DNA of 64,000 nt from assembly GCA_964203475.1 (NCBI GenBank), contig CAXNLR010000004.1:2073-66072 (forward strand), written 5' to 3'. Below the pieces are notes generated by a model. That model was not told where the DNA came from. It worked only from the letters and a program-made list of their open reading frames with translations, and made no database searches. Shown here piece by piece: positions 63,141-64,000 of the stretch (position 1 is the first letter of the stretch; every line of letters begins with the position of its first letter). The stretch comes from Candidatus Planktophila sp. Its GTDB lineage: Bacteria; Actinomycetota; Actinomycetes; Nanopelagicales; Nanopelagicaceae. A program made the position numbers and the translations under genes.

Positions 63141-63998
63141 TTGTGCTGCAACAAGTACAACTGAAAGCAAGCTTAAGTAAGTAATAGACCACTGGAAGAT
63201 CTTTCCAGCAACCTTTCCATACTCCGGTGAGCCTTCTTTGAGAGCAATCAATTGACCAGCAAAAACTAAACCAAGTGCAATCGTTACAACCATTGACCAT
63301 GTTGGCAGATTTGCAGAACTAATCAACCAAATAGAGGATGCGATCATCAGGGTTGTGTGGAACCACATCTCACCAAGTACGCGACCCTTTGTCGCAACAA
63401 CAGGAAGCATTGGAGTTCCTGCAGCTGCGTAGTCATCTTTGTACTTAATCGCTAGCGCCCAGAAATGTGGCGGTGTCCAGAAGAAAACAACAAAGAAAAA
63501 TGCCCACGGTGTGACAGATAATGAATTTGTAACTGCTGCCCAACCAATTAGTACTGGCATGCAACCCGCAGCACCACCCCACACAATGTTTTGTGAAGTT
63601 CTCTGCTTAAGTGCCATTGTGTATACAACGACATAAAAAACTATTGCAATTAATGCTAACAAAGTTGCAAGTGGTGTTGTGAAGAGCCAGAACAAGACAA
63701 GTGAAAAAATTCCAATAATTGACGCAAAAATTGTTGCATTTGTTTTTGAAATCAAACCAGTAACAATCGGACGCTTTGCTGTGCGCGCCATTAATTTATC
63801 CAAATCACTTTCAATAACCATGTTGAAGGCGTTGGCACTTCCTGCAGCTAACGTCCCTGCAAATATAGTTGCGATTGCTAAGCCAAAATCTGGCAAACCC
63901 TTGGCGGCCAAAACCATCGCCGGTAAAGTCGAAACGAGCAGTAACTCAACGACCCTTAACTTCATTAGGTCTAGGTATCCCCGCATAGCAACGCTCAC
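63129..63998 (-). CDS. ctaB: Protoheme IX farnesyltransferase (heme o synthase); start may lie at or beyond window edge
   Basis: NAFNM...D..M.RT..RP, NIVWGGAAG, FWTPPHFWALA..DDY. Confidence 0.93.
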   Translation of the reverse strand: MSVAMRGYLDLMKLRVVELLLVSTLPAMVLAAKGLPDFGLAIATIFAGTLAAGSANAFNMVIESDLDKLMARTAKRPIVTGLISKTNATIFASIIGIFSLVLFWLFTTPLATLLALIAIVFYVVVYTMALKQRTSQNIVWGGAAGCMPVLIGWAAVTNSLSVTPWAFFFVVFFWTPPHFWALAIKYKDDYAAAGTPMLPVVATKGRVLGEMWFHTTLMIASSIWLISSANLPTWSMVVTIALGLVFAGQLIALKEGSPEYGKVAGKIFQWSITYLSLLSVVLVAAQLLS

Positions 63999-64000
63999 TG

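Overview
Compact core-genome region of a low-GC actinobacterium, most consistent with the freshwater acI lineage (Ca. Nanopelagicales, e.g. Ca. Planktophila); this is inferred from actinobacterial gene order, moderate GC, tiny spacers and many overlaps. In order: a SAM-IV riboswitch-led polar amino-acid ABC transporter, psiE-like gene, tRNA-Tyr, yajQ, rarD, polyprenyl synthase, the nuoA-N operon, the menaquinone cluster with bioY, cytochrome c maturation system II, a HAD hydrolase, an XPB-partner(WYL)/M20 peptidase/XPB helicase cluster, glutaredoxin-like gene, a secreted metalloprotease-FN3-propeller protein, bS22, proC, radA, mutY, clpC, lysS, coaX, panC, folK/B/P/E, ftsH, hpt, tilS, an NlpC/P60 hydrolase, an ABC exporter, metZ and ctaB. 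nuoM, nuoL and menF each carry a 1-bp insertion, probably sequencing errors. No mobile element, prophage or CRISPR array was seen. Best leads: (1) an XPB helicase paired with a protein carrying a second XPB-N-terminal/p52-clutch-like domain plus a WYL domain, a possible minimal TFIIH-like module; (2) a Cys-containing leader ORF and extra structure stacked on the SAM-IV riboswitch; (3) a pan-motif-like hairpin occluding the panC RBS; (4) pervasive leaderless promoters; (5) local absence of rex/hem, menJ, disA and lsr2.
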